Of a DNA stretch of 64,000 nucleotides, positions 36,026-50,344 are shown in pieces. The notes beneath the pieces were generated by a model that searched no databases, was not told where the DNA came from, and was given only the letters and a program-made list of their open reading frames with translations. Location: the NCBI RefSeq assembly GCF_036321535.1, contig NC_087436.1, forward strand, positions 112,036,001 through 112,100,000, given 5' to 3'. The DNA comes from Camelus dromedarius. Lineage: Eukaryota. A program made the position numbers and the translations under genes. Within the stretch, counting starts at the first letter, position 1; each line of letters starts with the position of its first letter.

Positions 36026-37736
36026 CCGGGGGGAGTAAGTGCCCCGTTGTGCCAGGGCGCAATCATGCCAGAAGTTTCTTGGGCCAGACAGGTGCCTGTT
36101 CTCTCTAAAGTCTCTTAGGTCCCCAAATGGGTGAGACTCAAGTTAAATCTGGAATCATAAATAGACAGATGTTTGATTCTCTTTCTCTGGGACTCACTCC
36201 CTGCCTGCCCTGTGATGTGGTGTCCTCACTACCCGTCTCCTCCACTAAGCCCAGCCAAGGCCCCCAAAACTTGTTTTATTTGCTCTCTTTCTTCTAGAAT
36301 TACAGGGGTCCTGGCCCAGAGAATTACCTAATTCTCAAGTCTAAAAATAAGTGGGGCTTGGAGGTGGGGGGAGGAAATTTGGGGAGCAATACTTTTATAC
36401 TCATTTCTACCCCCAAGGGAGACAGGAATTAAAGCAAATGTTCACAGCAAGGGGCAAACCGCCTTGGGTTTCCAGAGCAGACAGCCATCTCACGCTTTCT
36501 GTGTCTGCATAGGAGCCACTCTGCGTATCCAGAGAGAATGCAGAAGTGAATCAGGCATAATCACCCACTTAACACAGGTTAACCATCAGCCTTGAGGACC
36601 CTGAAGCATTTCTGAAATTCACCAGGACAAATCATCATTCCTGCATTCCTTTCTGGCTCTGTGTCTCCCGCTATGTTTGCCCAACTAGACTGATGGAGGC
36701 AGTGGAAAATTCCAAATGGAAGAGGTTCTCTTTTTTTCTTTCCCTCTGCAGTGCTGAGCTTTATCAAAAGCAGAGGAAAAAAAAAAAAAAAAAAAGAAGT
36801 AGTCTTTCTTTCCCCAGCAAAGAAGAAAAAATTAAAGTTGTATGACTGTGATAAATATTACATGCTCAGGGCACCAGGGCCCATATATATCCACGTTCCG
36901 AGTCTCGGTTGGAAGTAACCTCCTTCCTGCTGCTGTTGGATTTTAGACTTGATATTTCCCTAAGGACGAGATTGCACCTAACTTTTTATTTGTTTGTATA
37001 TCAGCGAGAGACTTGATAGGAAGACATCAACTGTGCTTAATTTGAAGGTCTCCGCAATTAATGGAAGATTGTTTTCTGCTCTATATCCTCCAGGCATGAG
37101 TCATATATTTACATTTAACTTCCAGTTGATCAAATTAGGATGTGTAACCACACAAGTTTATATGCGGCTACATATTTTGATGTTTTGATACTCCTAGGAT
37201 GCTGCTTTTCCTGTAGGATTTCTCCCTCCAGATACACATTTTTGCCTCTCATGATGAAGCCAGAGGCACCGTGGTCACACAATATTTATACTACTTCAAT
37301 CCTGTGCTTTTCAGGATGTCTCCAAGGCCACAAAGAAGTTGTTGGAATATCAAAAAGGAAAGGTCAGGAACTCAACTCTGTAACCATAAGCAGTGTTGGC
37401 AATTAGCAGGTAGAGAAAGGATGTAAATCAAGTTCAGGACCAGAAGAAGCTTCTCAAAGGATCGTTCATGTAAGCAGAGCGGGGGTCCCTAACAGAAGGA
37501 ATGGAAACCTGAATTTTTCAGACACCCAAACTCTTTCTGATGATCATCACCCCAGGAAGAAAGTGGGCTAACTTCTCCCTTTTATTCTAGAATGAGAATG
37601 GGAGAATAAGAGTATAGAAGATGTGAACTGTCTGTTTCCCAAAGAAAGCCTGAAACAAAAGCTGACAACTGACTGGCCAAGCTAAGACTGAGCTCCGATG
37701 TGAGAACCACGGTGTTCGTTCTTATACTTCTGATTC

Positions 37737-38379
37737 TGATACAGGCAAAAGGGGCACAAGAAGACGGCCGTATCCTGGGTCTTGGACGAGTCCCTGGGAC
37801 TTGCCCCTTGAAGTGAGGGTCCTTGGCTTTGTGCGGAAAAGAATTCGAGAGTGAGCCATAACTGAGTAAAAGTAGATTTATTCAGAGGAGCACTCTCCAT
37901 AGACAACCAAGTGTAGGCCGTCTCAGAAGGCCGGAGAGGCCATGAGGTGTTGGGGTGGGTGTTTAGTTTACAGTAGAAGCAGATACACATTCCATAGGCA
38001 GAGTGTGATCTATCTCACTCAGAGGGGAGAGTGACCACAAGGTCTTGGGGGTTGTTGGTTTTATGGGTTCGGTAGCTTCATATGCTAACAAGTGGGAGGA
38101 TTATTCCAAGGGGCTGGGATTCCCAGGAATTGGGCTACCAACCTTTTTTTTGACCTTTCAAGGTCAGCCTCAGAACCGTCATGGCACCTGGGGGAGTGCC
38201 ATTTATCATGCTAATATATTACAATGAGCATATAATGAAGCTCAAGGTCCATTGGAAGCCAAATCTCCTGCCATCTAGGGCCTCAAGGTCTACTGGGAGT
38301 TGACTTTTCCACTGTCTTGGTGCTAATTGCTGTGTTATTCCTTTAATGTCTGTGCCCTGCCTCCTTCCTTCCTGTCTCA
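37737..38379 (-). mobile_element. ERV1-type solo LTR, family A copy 2
   Basis: TG...CA termini. 4-bp TSD ATTC at 37733-37736 and 38380-38383. Shares long exact blocks with copy 1 (e.g. TTTTTGACCTTTCAAGGTCAGCCTCAGAAC). Confidence 0.9.
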
Positions 38380-41300
38380 ATTCCATCTCCTTCATTCTAT
38401 CCTGTGGTTAATAAGTCTCCTCTGCTACCTAATGGGTAGCATCACATAAATGCCTGTAATGGCACATGCAGTCCTTGTTTACAGAATAGCCTGTTTCCTT
38501 TCAGGACGGAGAAACTTCGAGTTACTGTGAATATTCTGCGTTTGCAAAGCTGCTCGGTATCGTGCTTATTCTTGCAGTTTCTGAGGCTAGTACAGTTCCA
38601 GGTACACAGTTAGCCTTCATTGACTATTTTTTTAATGAATAAATGAATGAGTAATAGTTTCTCACAGAAGAGACAGAGTGGTCTAGCGGAAAGAAGAAAG
38701 ACCTTACAGCCTTAGAGGCGAGCAGCCCTGGATTGGAATCACACTTCTGTTCCCTTGACCTAGGGTGCCCCACCTGACTTCTCTCATCTTGGTTTTCTCA
38801 TCTCTAAGATTTAGGTAAATCTAATGATGCATGCCTTGCAGGCGTGCAGCGAGACTTAGAAATCCTCAGTGGAAATGATTTGCCTGGTATATAACAGATG
38901 ATTAATAAACAGTGGTGGAGAGGCTTATTTTTCAGGGGCATGGGAGGAAATCTGAGACGGCTTCTTTGCAACCTGGGCGAAACTGTCCATCTCCAACTTG
39001 CTCCTTTCTGATCAATTACACAGTGGTTTTAAACTATATTTAAAACATTTCTAGAATCCTATTATTTAAAGCTTTAGGAAGTTTACCCCAATATAACTTA
39101 AGTTACTGAAGTCTAACTCTCTCTCTCTCCCTTGTAAGTTTCTCCTGTGTCAACTCTCAAGTTCAAGTTTCGAATCAGACTTAGTTGACAGTATTTATAA
39201 TTGTTTGCCTTCTTTCCCCTGAGCCTAGCAGCAGTCCCTCACTTAAAAGGACCGATCCCAGCTCCCAAGAGGATATCATAGCAGGTGTTAAAAACCATAG
39301 ATCTTCCAAGTACGAGTTGGTACTTGACCAGGACGTCTTGGCAGTAGCTGGTGTGGTGTTGTTTATAGCACACATCCTTGTGATAAATTTCCCCATGAGT
39401 TAGAGAGTGGGGACAGTGTGTTCTCTTTTTAAGAGCACTTGGCCAGTGGAGATTAGCCCAACATCTTTGTTTATTTGATCGGATAGCTGAGGTTGATAAA
39501 GTGCACGTGGGATTCACCCAATTTGGGCTGACCCTTTGAGCAGCCTCCTTCTGAAGCTGCTTTCATTGTGATTTTCTCCTTAGAGATGGCGCTAAGGAAG
39601 GTGGAGCTCTGCAAAGAGATGCTCATATTTACAACTGCAAGGCCTCACTGTTCTTAGAACTTTCCAACCAGATACAGTCAATTCCATTAGGTCGCACTGT
39701 ATACAGTAAGTGATTTAGAGAGATGAACAAATAGAAGCCATTAGCTCTCCAACTGCATCGTAACTCATTGGCAACCCAGGCAAGACGGCAGGACAATAGG
39801 AAGCTACTCATTTCCTGAGCTCAGGCGGGCTTAGGTCATGTTTCAATTTTTCATTTCATCTTCCAGAATGAGAGTCAGAAGTCTTGTAAGTGGGAGAACC
39901 AGGATTTGAACCCAGGACAATCAGACTTGTATCTGTTACATCTAAGGCCTGGGAAACCACCAAGACTCCTCGCTGGCGCTGTCCTTTGGGGCGCTCACAG
40001 GCTGTTCTATGAATGAACCCATGTCTGGCCAATGTGGAGGCTGTCTCCAGCAGAGGCTGAATGTCCTCCATGATCCAGCTCTTCTGGGACAGCCCTTCCC
40101 TCCACATCCCAGCTCCTGAGTGGTTCCAGCTCTCACCAAGTGGTCTTGGATCCTAAACTCCTGTCTCCAGCGCCGGCTGTCTGGCTCATGGGCGCTTCCT
40201 GCTGTGGGTCGTTTCTAGATCGCTCACTGGCCCCAGTTTGTGGTTGCAGCTCCTACCCTCTGTGAAAACAATGCCCTGTGTTACAGTCCCTCTGCTTGTA
40301 ATATCTAAATTGGTTTTTGCTTCTTCGACTGAACCTTATCTTACGTAGAATTCAAAACTAGAAATCTGATATATTGTTCTATATTTTTAAAAACCACATT
40401 GAAAATAACATATCAAGACCTGAACATATATATTAAGAGAGGAGGATTTCCAGGGGCAAGAACAGAAGGCAGAGATGGAATTTAGGCTCTGAGACGCTCT
40501 TTGTTCTAACGCTGAGCCTGCGGACTGGGAGTGGGAAAATCTACGTAGTGCGACTACCTCATTGAAATGCAGCCCATTCTCTGTTTTGAACGCAACTGAA
40601 TTGAAAAAGCCCCGAACTACGTCTCCTGGACAAATCATTCAAGATGCTGAGAGAAGGGAAGCTACGTTATAATTTTTAAAAATTATTATCAGATCCCATA
40701 TTATAATCGAATGCTGTAACAGTAATTATAGCCGCAGAGCAAAGTGCTGTTCTGTGCTTTTTTAAGAAAATGGAATAAAAGGAAAAGCAAGAACCTGTAA
40801 TTTCATATCTGTCCAGTGTGTGGGCAGTGGCGGCAGCTCCTGGGGCCTCTGTCACTCTCTGGGTTTAAGCCTTAAACTCTCATGTGTCCCTTTCAGTCTG
40901 AGCAGGGTCTCCTCACTGGCACCCATGTTATGACTCCTTCCCAGCCTCCCTGCTGGTGACGGGGAGGCACCTCTTCACCCCTGCTCAGAAGGGAGGAGAA
41001 TTTCCTTGATTTCTTCTTTTGGACCTGAAGACAGGGTTTCTCCTTTCTTCCTAACTTCCTCAGAAGCTCCTAACCTGTCATCCTTACATTGCCTCCATCC
41101 TCTGTCTGCCTCTTCTCCTCTTACCAAAAAAAACACCCACACACCAGGATAATCCAGACTCTGGTCGATGAAGTCGATAGTGAGTGACCTGTGCCGTTTG
41201 GAAAAGGCCCCACGTGGACTCAATTGTGCCCCCATCAAACAAGCCAGTGGGCTGTTCATGCTTGCTTTTCCTGGCCGTGGTAAACATGCCCGCACCTGCT

Positions 41301-41744
41301 GGCTGGTCCGCCCCAGCTCACGCATCACGTCCATCTCCTTATCAACGTCTGAATGGGTTCTTCCACCTTAGAACTTTATAGACACAAAAAGACTGGAAAA
41401 GAGGGATCGTATCTATATCTCAGTGCAGTGTGTGTGTGTGTGTGTGAGCAGTATATAGAGAAAGTCACAATAATATTCCACAAAAGTAGCCTGTGCATTA
41501 ACTCTAATCCTTTCCTACAAATTCTGGTGGTACCTCTTCTGGTTCTGTCTGGACCATCTGTGGCACCTGCCTTTTCTGTTCTCTGTGGGTTCTGTTCTGC
41601 ACCCTATCCCAGCTCACTTCCCACAGCAAGTCCTTCTCCTTGAACTCTCACATATCACTTGCGAGCATCTGGGCTGATGTGTGAACTGCATGGAGTTAAC
41701 AGGTTTCAATATACATAATTATTTGATGAATGGAGAGATTAAAG

Positions 41745-42003
41745 ATTCAGAGCACAGATTTTGGTAGGAGGCAAAGCCAGGTACGAATCCTAGTTCTGCT
41801 ATCAACTAGATTGTGGGCCTTGAAAAGCAAACTCGTAAGCAACCGTTTCCTCATGATTAACAATAAATTCAAAAATGAGAATAGTAGCACCTCCTCCCAA
41901 GGGTTAGGCAGGTGAAATGAAACCAAGGATGCAAAGTACTTAGCAAAGCTCACCAAGACTGGTCCGTGGTAAACACTTAGTAAGTGGGAGCTGCTGCTAC
42001 TAA
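41745..42003 (+). mobile_element. MIR SINE
   Basis: Degenerate B box, core and 3' end (GTAAACACTTAGTAAGTGGGAGCTGCTGCTACT). Confidence 0.65.
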
Positions 42004-44575
42004 TATGCAGGGATGGCGGCGGTGTGCTAACCCTTGGGCCAGTTGTGTGATTCCTCGCTGCTCCAGGATCCCGCGAGCACCGCAGTGATGCAGGACTTCT
42101 CAGTGTCGCAGGAAGACTCAGGCAGCTGTGGTGCAGAGGTGGGGTGCCCCAACCTGGTGGGATGAGGGATCTCTAAGCCAACACCCACTTTATTCACAAG
42201 ACATTTGTATGATGGCCTTTTCCTTTGTCCTCTTACTGAGTTCCCGCATCCAGCTACTGGCAAACTGCTCTTTTCCTGCTGGGTGGTGGCCACGCATGTA
42301 TGCAGTGTGGTTGCAGAAGCCAGGGGGCTTCAGGGTCCAACAGACTGGAGTTCAAATCCCTGTTCTTGCATTTCCACACCTTGTAACTTGGAATAGTTCA
42401 CTTAAGTCTTTATGACTCATTTTTAAAAACCTGACTCAGAAAGTAGTTCTGAGGCTAAAATTTAACATAAAAAACTCTAGCTCAATGCCTGACACTTACT
42501 AGATGCTGCACAAGCATGGTACTATTTCCCAGCAACGCGTGTTGAATTGGAGAAGGGCCCCTGTCAACCAGTTATCCCCACATTTTTGTTTACAATGAAC
42601 AAAATCAATTCCATGCTCAGCTTCCCAATTCTGAAAAACTCCTGAGTCACATATTCTCACACTGACTTTTTCCCTGGGCTCCTTTTTGATCCAGGTCTAG
42701 CACAGCACCCTGCATAGAAGAAATACTGGGGAAAAAATTCCTTGGATGAATAAATGCACGTTAGCTGGTATGGGTAGATATATTTCCCAGTAGGGTCTGG
42801 TATTGTTTGGTTTCTAAAGAAATCCAGGCTTAGTTTATGGATTTCTTAAATCACCCTCTTCCTGATTATTATTATTCCCATGATTGAAAATAGGATGCTT
42901 AACAAGAAGCATGTGGTGTTAACATGAATGAACTCAAATGAGTGCTTTTTTTTTTTTAGTTTATAGAGTCAAGTCATATGATCTCAATGTATATAAAAAC
43001 AAAAAGTCCTCCCTCTCACCCCATATTCTACTGGTGAAAAAAAGGAGAAAAAGTAATTTGTTCTGAAAGCATTTGGAATGAAGATGGAGAGCAGGAGGCA
43101 GAACAAGGGAAGAGGAGTTTGAGGCCAAAGAAAATAGGAGATCAGGCTTCCAGAGGGTGAGAGTTGGATGAACAAAGACAAAAAAAATGTGATTTGTAGC
43201 AAGAGCTAGGACATGCACTAAAAACAAAAACAAAAAAGTCAGAAGACTAATAATTGTATCCATGCCTCAGTAGGGTACTGGCAACCTAAATATAAACCAA
43301 TCCTTCACTGATTCATTCATTCATTCAAAAACATGTTGAGTTCGCCTGCAACGTGCAAGGCTCTATTCCAATGTCAAGAACAATCCGGTACTCCTGACTT
43401 AGATTCTGACGGTCTCCCCATCTGAGAACCCTGTGGTCTGGGGGAGCAGTCTCTGATTTTCAGGTTCACCAGGAAGTTTGATTTCCGATTCCCTGCCTCA
43501 GCTTGTCACATCCCCCCAAAGATTCTTATCTTCTCTTGAGATTCATGCTCAAGCGTGAGAGCACCACCCGTGGAATTAAACAGTCCTCCCTGCATGTTTT
43601 GTTTTTGGTAAGTTATTTAAGCCCGTGGCGCCTCAGCCTCCACATCTGTGAGGAGGAGAATTGCAATGCTAACTGCAGAGCAAGGCTGTAAAGTTACCGC
43701 AAGAGGAAATGTCCTCAGATGCCAGCACGGTAGCTGGAATGTTGGAGGTGATAACCTTCCATCCTCATTGTGACTTCTGCAGCCCTCTCTTAGAATGTGG
43801 GTTATTGGCTTAGGCTGCGATAAAGGAACAGCCACCAGGAAGGGAAGAGTTGGACTATGAGCATCAGTGAAGGGGTAGGGGGAATCCCCATTCATGGTCA
43901 CTCCTTGGATAGAACTTTCTGCTCCTGGGAACTACATCCTTGAGACCTTGTGATTAGCCTTGATCTGCCACATTTATGTTTTTTGATTTACTTTTACTTG
44001 GCTTTGATGATCACTTGCTAGAGACTGCTTCCTGATTCTGAGATGATAGGGGCAACTCTGATGGTAGTGGTATTAACTGAAGTGAAGAAAGATTCCTTAA
44101 GTTAGTCATGGAATCCACAATTGGATTTGACTCACAGGAGAACATCAGATCTGCTTGTGGCCCCTGCCACTTACTTTCACAAGCATTATTTCACTTAATC
44201 CCGCCAGGTAGGGCGTGGTAGGTTCATTGAACAGTTAAGGAAATTGATGCTTAGAGAGTTTAACTCATTCAAAATGGCATACTTAGCATGTTCCCTCTGG
44301 GTCCAAGTCTAAAGTTTTCTCCAGCACAGTTAGCTTTCTAGCCTCAAAAGAACTTGAGGGATGTAAAGGATATTTGAGGTAATCTCACCCAACTCCCTCA
44401 TTTCAGGCAAGCAGAAACAAAGGCCTGTTGAAGTTAAATGAGGCAAGAGAGATCACACCCTCCGTAATGACAGAACCAAATTAGAACTTGATCTCCTGGG
44501 TCTCAAACTTTGTTCATTAGCAGCTGGTAAATATCATTCCCCTTCATCACCTTTTTACTATAGAAACGTTATCTA

Positions 44576-45009
44576 CTATTTTATTTTTTAATTAACGTAT
44601 AGTTGCTGTACAATATTATATGTTACATATATACAATATAGTGATTCACAATTTTTAAAGGTTATACTCTGTTTATAGTTATTATAAAATATTCACTATA
44701 TTCCCTTTTTGTACATTTTATTTTATACCTAAAAGCTTATATCTCTTACTCTTCTATCCTATGTTGCCCCTCCCCCCTCCCCTCTTCCCACTGGTAACCA
44801 CTAGTTTGTTTTCTATATCTGTGAGTCTACTTCTTTTGTGTTATAATCACTGGTTTGTTGTATTTTTTAGGTTCCACATATAAGTGTTATCATACAGTAT
44901 TTGTCTTTCTCTGTTTCACTCATTTCACTTAGCATAATGTCTTCCAAGTTCATCCATGTTGCTGCAAATGGCAAATTTTCATTCTTTTTCATAACTGAGT
45001 AATATTCCA

Positions 45010-45056
<47 letters not shown>

Positions 45057-45088
45057 CATATCTTTATCCATTCATCTGTTGTTGGACA
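44576..45088 (-). mobile_element. 5'-truncated lineage-specific L1 3' end containing a (TG)19 microsatellite
   Basis: Clear similarity to 6698-7153 (TCACAATTTTTAAAGG, CCCACTGGTAACCAC, GTTGCTGCAAATGGCA). Confidence 0.85.
45013..45050. repeat. (TG)19 microsatellite
   Basis: Read directly. Confidence 0.95.
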
Positions 45089-45226
45089 AGCATCTATTTT
45101 ATACAGGAAGTTCCAAACAAACCTGGAAGATCTAACTCCAAAATGGAAGAGGAAAACTGAGGCCCTATCCTAACTTCGGGCAAGGAAGTTTTCCATTTTA
45201 TGTTTTCTGCCATCTTGTGTCTAGTT

Positions 45227-45455
45227 TAGGGATCAGTAAACTATAGCCTGGAGGTCAGATCCAGTTTGCCATCCAGTTTTTGTAAATAAAGTTTTATTGG
45301 AACACAGTTGTGTCCATTTATTTATATAACTATGGCTGGTTTCTGCTTTCCTGCTATAAAGGCAAAGTTGAGGAGTTGGGACAGAAACTACATGGCCCAT
45401 AAAACCTAAAATATTTACTGCTTGGTCCTTTATAGAAAAAGTTTCCCAACCTTTG
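45227..45455 (+). mobile_element. MER58A hAT-Charlie MITE
   Basis: TTTTGTAAATAAAGTTTTATTGGAACACAG...CCTAAAATATTTACT signature. Confidence 0.85.
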
Positions 45456-46199
45456 CTAGAGTTAATACACATTGTTGGCCTACAGGTCAGAAATTATATT
45501 TTTAATAAGTTTTTTTCCTATGATAGATGATAATGTGTGGTGGAGATGTTACCAAATCCAAAACCCAAAGGTCCAAATGTTTCTCCTGAGTGCAAGCCTG
45601 CATTTACTCAGTTTACACTTTTCTTTGCCTTAGAAAGCAAATTTAAAACAAGGTTCAGCTACCTCAGATAATAACATGACAGTTTTTCAAAGTGCTATTT
45701 TTTTCCCCATAAAATAAGAAATATAACGCTGTCAGCAGCTCAATAAGCCAAAATATGATGAATGGGCAATCAAGGAATATATACATATTTTGTAGAACAT
45801 TCTTGATGAGTTGAATTCTACCTGGATCCAGCCATTCTTCATGCGTCATTCTTATTACAGTTGCACAGAAATAACTACAGTCATGTTTTCTCTTCTTAGT
45901 CATCTGGCTTGGATTTCTGCTTGCATGCATTGAAAACAAAAAGGTACACAGAGCAATTTCATCACTAAATTTCAGCTGAGTTTAGCTTGATTTTAGTCCT
46001 GAATAGTGCTGTTTTATTTGGCACACTTGTGTCACATAATTAAAGCCAGATAAAGCAAAAATCATTTGCTAATGGGGAGGTTGCCATAGAAAATACAAGA
46101 TTTATGTCTGTGAAGAGCACATCACATTAACTGTGAAAGGTGGGGCAATTGTTCTCCAAAGATCGATTCTTATTTCCCATAGAAGAATGTTATTGCTGC

Positions 46200-46531
46200 T
46201 AAGAGGATGCCCCACCAAGAACTCACAGCTTCCTTGTTCTTTCATATCTAGGCAAGGTCTTATGATGACCCATTACTGCCGATAGAATGTGAGAGATGTC
46301 AAGTTGAGTGGTTAAGAAGCTAGTGTGCTTTCTTCACTCTTTTGGTATGGGGTGGAAGTGAAGGACTAGTGGCCCTGAGGGTGATGGGGCCACAGGACTG
46401 GAGCTGGGGTCCTCAAGTCCCTGCTGAACCTGCCCATCAGAAAGTCAGTGAACAAGAAACAAATTTCTGTTGAGCTAGACCACTGAAATTTGGGGGTTTT
46501 ATCTATTACAGCAGCTAACATGGACTAATAC
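46200..46531 (+). mobile_element. Old MLT1 LTR fragment
   Basis: 3' end CCACTGAAATTTGGGGG...TTACAGCAGC...GACTAATAC. Confidence 0.6.
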
Positions 46532-48469
46532 GCTCATCCATAACCCGACTCTTTTCTACCACGGCACATCCCCAACGTGAACAATTTCTGATAGTAGTGA
46601 TTCTCCCCTTCTTCGGGAGGGACACTTCTCACCTTTCTGATTAATTCTACCCCTGTGTTCTTTGTTAACGGGCCCTTAGAAGGACACGATTTTAGAGCTG
46701 GAAGGAATTTTGGAGATTATAGTCCAAACAACTCCTTTTGCAGATTAGTTAACTGAAGTTTGTAACGACATCAAGCCATTCATTTAGGGTCCCACTGCTC
46801 ATCAGTAGCAGAACCAGGTCTAGTGCTCGTGTCACAGTTCCCAACAAATTCAGCTTGAGTTTTTTTGTTTGTCTGTTTGTTTTTAACATCACCATGGTAT
46901 ACCATTTTAGTCCATGTTAGTTTATACTTGAAACTGTATTAGCTCTTGGGGATGGGGAAAACATAATATTAGTATTAAGGCAGGAAGTAGGCCTATGTGA
47001 CATCTTCCAGCTGTACAGTTATCTCCAAGTGGAATTTTCCAAAGCAGAAATATATTTGGAGATAAACATGTTGTTGGTTTTGTAATGGATTATTTAAAGT
47101 GACATATTATTATCTTCTGAACCCTGTAAACATTTATTTAAGTTTCCTTCTCATTCATCTCTGGGATAGAGAGCTTCCAGGTTGGGTGAACTTGTCAGGC
47201 AGGAAAAAAAAAAAAACTGCTTAATGTAATTTATTAGAGAGATTTGTAAATAAGAAGGGGCATCCACTAAAGGATATGGCCTAGAATCACAGGGTCTGCA
47301 TTTAGTCGCTCAGTCATGTACCTCAAAATAAAACAGAGATGAGTTATAATGTTGGGGAGATGTTTTGGGAGTTCAGAATAGAAATCCCAGTAACAAGTAC
47401 CCCATTTCCCATCTTGGTTCCAAACAAGTGGAGAAATAAAATAGAGCATTTAGGATTAGGATGAAATATCACCTTTCCAGTTGAGACAACAGATTGGAGA
47501 ACTTAGCATGCAGTTATGTTTTCCCAGCAAGCTCCTCATTCTGAGCCCCAGAGCTGGGTGCAGCAAAGCCAGATTTCCGCAAGCCTCCTCCTACAGAAGC
47601 TGAGTGGGCAGCTGACATCTTGAAGGAGGAAGGGAGGAGGTAAACTGAGCATGCCCAAGGGTTTCATTGAGTTGCTGTGGCAGGAAAGAAACATCAGGAG
47701 TGGGGAAGTAGCACCTCCAGTTGGTTCACTGGTGGGTAGTTTGGAGGGGCAAGAATGCACACTTATTGAATAACTACTAATAGTCATCATTATTCTAAGT
47801 GATTTACAAAATGACACGGGTTGTCCTGAGCACCTGCCATCTTGGGATGAGGCTCAGTGGTCAGTGAGGAGGCAGAGCTTCGATTGGTCAGTGAAGAAGG
47901 AGCCAGCTGGCAGAGCTCCGTCCTTCCCCTCTTATTTCTGCAGACATTGTTGTACTCAGTTCCCCATCTCTTATTCCCATCCTCAGAGAAATGAAATAGC
48001 CTGCTTTTCAGGGCTGGCAGAACCTCAACTGGGATTTTTCATTTGTCTAGTTAACTTTTTGATTTATTTCTAAGGCTTTTCCTTTTCCCTGAGAGATTAA
48101 AAACATTACAATGTGAGAACATACAATTTTTACCTATTTTAGACTAAAATCCCATCAACTATCTTACACATTTGTCTTCTCTCCTTCTCTATAAAATAAA
48201 CATGTTGATGAGCAATGTTCAAAATGACATTGAAACTTTTTTTAAAAGATAACATGCTGGCTTGGAAAACCAGTCAGTCTGCATATGACTGTAAATCTTC
48301 ATTTATAAATAGGCATCTGTCTACTGTCTCTGGATCATGAACCTTATTTCCACTAAAAGTAGAATAAATTTCCCCAGTTCTCAAGTCTCCAGATCTGGGA
48401 TGTATGCCTTTTATTAAGATGAAGAGTAGAGTCCATTTCAATAATTCACATTATTACAGTGAAATTTTT

Positions 48470-48930
48470 AATATTTGTTTTTGTTGCTGTGTAACAAATT
48501 ACAACAAACAACGGGTTAATATAACACTCACAGATCGTGTCTTGGTTTCATGAGTCAGACATCCAGATGGGCTCAGCTTAGGGTTGCACGAGGCCTGAGT
48601 CAAGGTATCAGCTGGGTTGGGCTCCAAGCTCTTTCACGTTGTTAGAAGAATTCGGTTTCTTGTAGTTTGAGGACTAAGATCTCCGTTTTCTTGCTCACTG
48701 CTGGCCAAGAACAGCTCTCAGCTTCTCCCTCTCCCATGAGCAGCCAGAGAAGATTTTCTGCTTCTAAAGGGCTCATGTGATTGGGTCAAGCCCACCTGGA
48801 CATTCTCCATATCTTAGGCTGATTAATTGGAAACTTCATCCTTTTATCTGCAAAATTTCTTTGCAGCAGCACCTAGATTAGGATTATATCGAATAACCAG
48901 GGGCCAGCATCTGAGAATTCTGCTCACCCA
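48470..48930 (-). mobile_element. MLT1 LTR (E/G-like)
   Basis: TTGCTGTGTAACAAATTAC...AAGGGCTCATGTGATTGGGTCAAGCCCACCTGG...GAATTCTGC. Confidence 0.75.
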
Positions 48931-50344
48931 AGTTCTGTGTTCTTGTGACTTTTCATCTTAATGGTAAGTTCCCAAGTTTACCATTTAGTTGAATTGTGTG
49001 AGGATGTTTCTGCTCTTTGTTGGTTGTGTAATAGTCAGGGACCATTGACGAGTAAGACAGGAGATTGCAGACCTGTTGGATTATATGAGGGTCTTTGTTT
49101 TTGTTTTCACTTGTTTTGTCTTGTGTTTGTTTTCATGTGCAATTCTGTATCTTCTGCCACTTGTTGAAAAAGTGGAGAAAGGTTAAGTGTTCAACAGCAT
49201 GGCTTTGGAGAAGGAGAGACCAGGATTCAAATCCACGCTTCTAAGCTTACTTGCTGTGTGGCACGGGGCATGCTACGTAGCCTTTCTGAGCCTTGTTTCC
49301 TACCTTTAAACTAGAGACGGTGCTTCCCCAGGTGATCTTTGTATGCAGCACATGAGATACATCCTGGGTGCAATTCCCTGAATGTTGTACGGATCCTGTA
49401 AATCATGATTATTTTAATTGCTTACACAGTAACGTTTTAAGAAGGCAAGTAATAGTATTCACTCCCAGAGATGACTTTTAAGTGCAGTTGGTCAAAAAAA
49501 AGAAGCCAGGAGCATGTTTCCCTGCTTCCCTTTCACCAAGCCTAGAGGAAGATGAAAGTTAAAATTAGCTTTGATTGAGGAAAAGGGACAAGAAAGAAAA
49601 AGACATTCCAAGTAGAAAAGGGATGGTCTGTATCCTCTGTCCCTGCACAGAACTTCCACTCTGGGCAGGCTGGTTGGCGGGCGTCCCAGGGAAGGTTCTT
49701 TGGCTGCCCCACCTCTGGCCCTTCATTTGCGTCAGCTCCTCCTTCTGGAACATTCTCATGCCCCTCCTCCATCTCCCATTTCCTTCCCTGACCACCCACT
49801 CTCAGAGGCCGCAGAGTGGAGAGGTTAGGACCACATGGCTGGAGGCAGCCCAGGGATGTTCACATCCTGCTCCTGGCAGGTCCTGTGATCACAAACCAGT
49901 CACAACTTCTGTTCACCTTGCCTCACTGTTGAAATGGATGTGAAAAGCAGTAGTATGGACCTGTAGTGCTGTAAGGACTAAATGCGTTAATAAAGGCAGA
50001 AGATGAGGGCCCGGCCAGAGCCAATGCTGGACGTTAGCAATTGTCTCTCAGTCTAGAAGTTCCCCTCCCTCCTCCTTCCTTCCTTCCTTCCCTCCCTCTC
50101 TGTGTTATTCCCTTTCTTTACTACACAATGTCATAATGTCAACAGTTAAAAGGATCATTCATCCACAGTCACTCCACTAAAATTATTTCACTTTTCACTT
50201 TGTTTTAAAGTTCTTGACCATATGAATGAAAGAGGAGAAAATTGGAGGTTAAAAAAAAAATTACCTTAGTACCTTTTACATTACTACAAGGCATTGAAAA
50301 GGTGAAAAGTTTTATTTCATATCTTTTCAATTTTCTTAATTTGC

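Noticed and set aside
5670..38379. A 32-kb provirus bounded by two LTRs
   Set aside because: Each LTR has its own distinct TSD, and no gag/pol/env sequence is seen between them.
39580..39596. CTCF/YY1-like AGATGGCGCTA
   Set aside because: Only half of the CTCF core matches.
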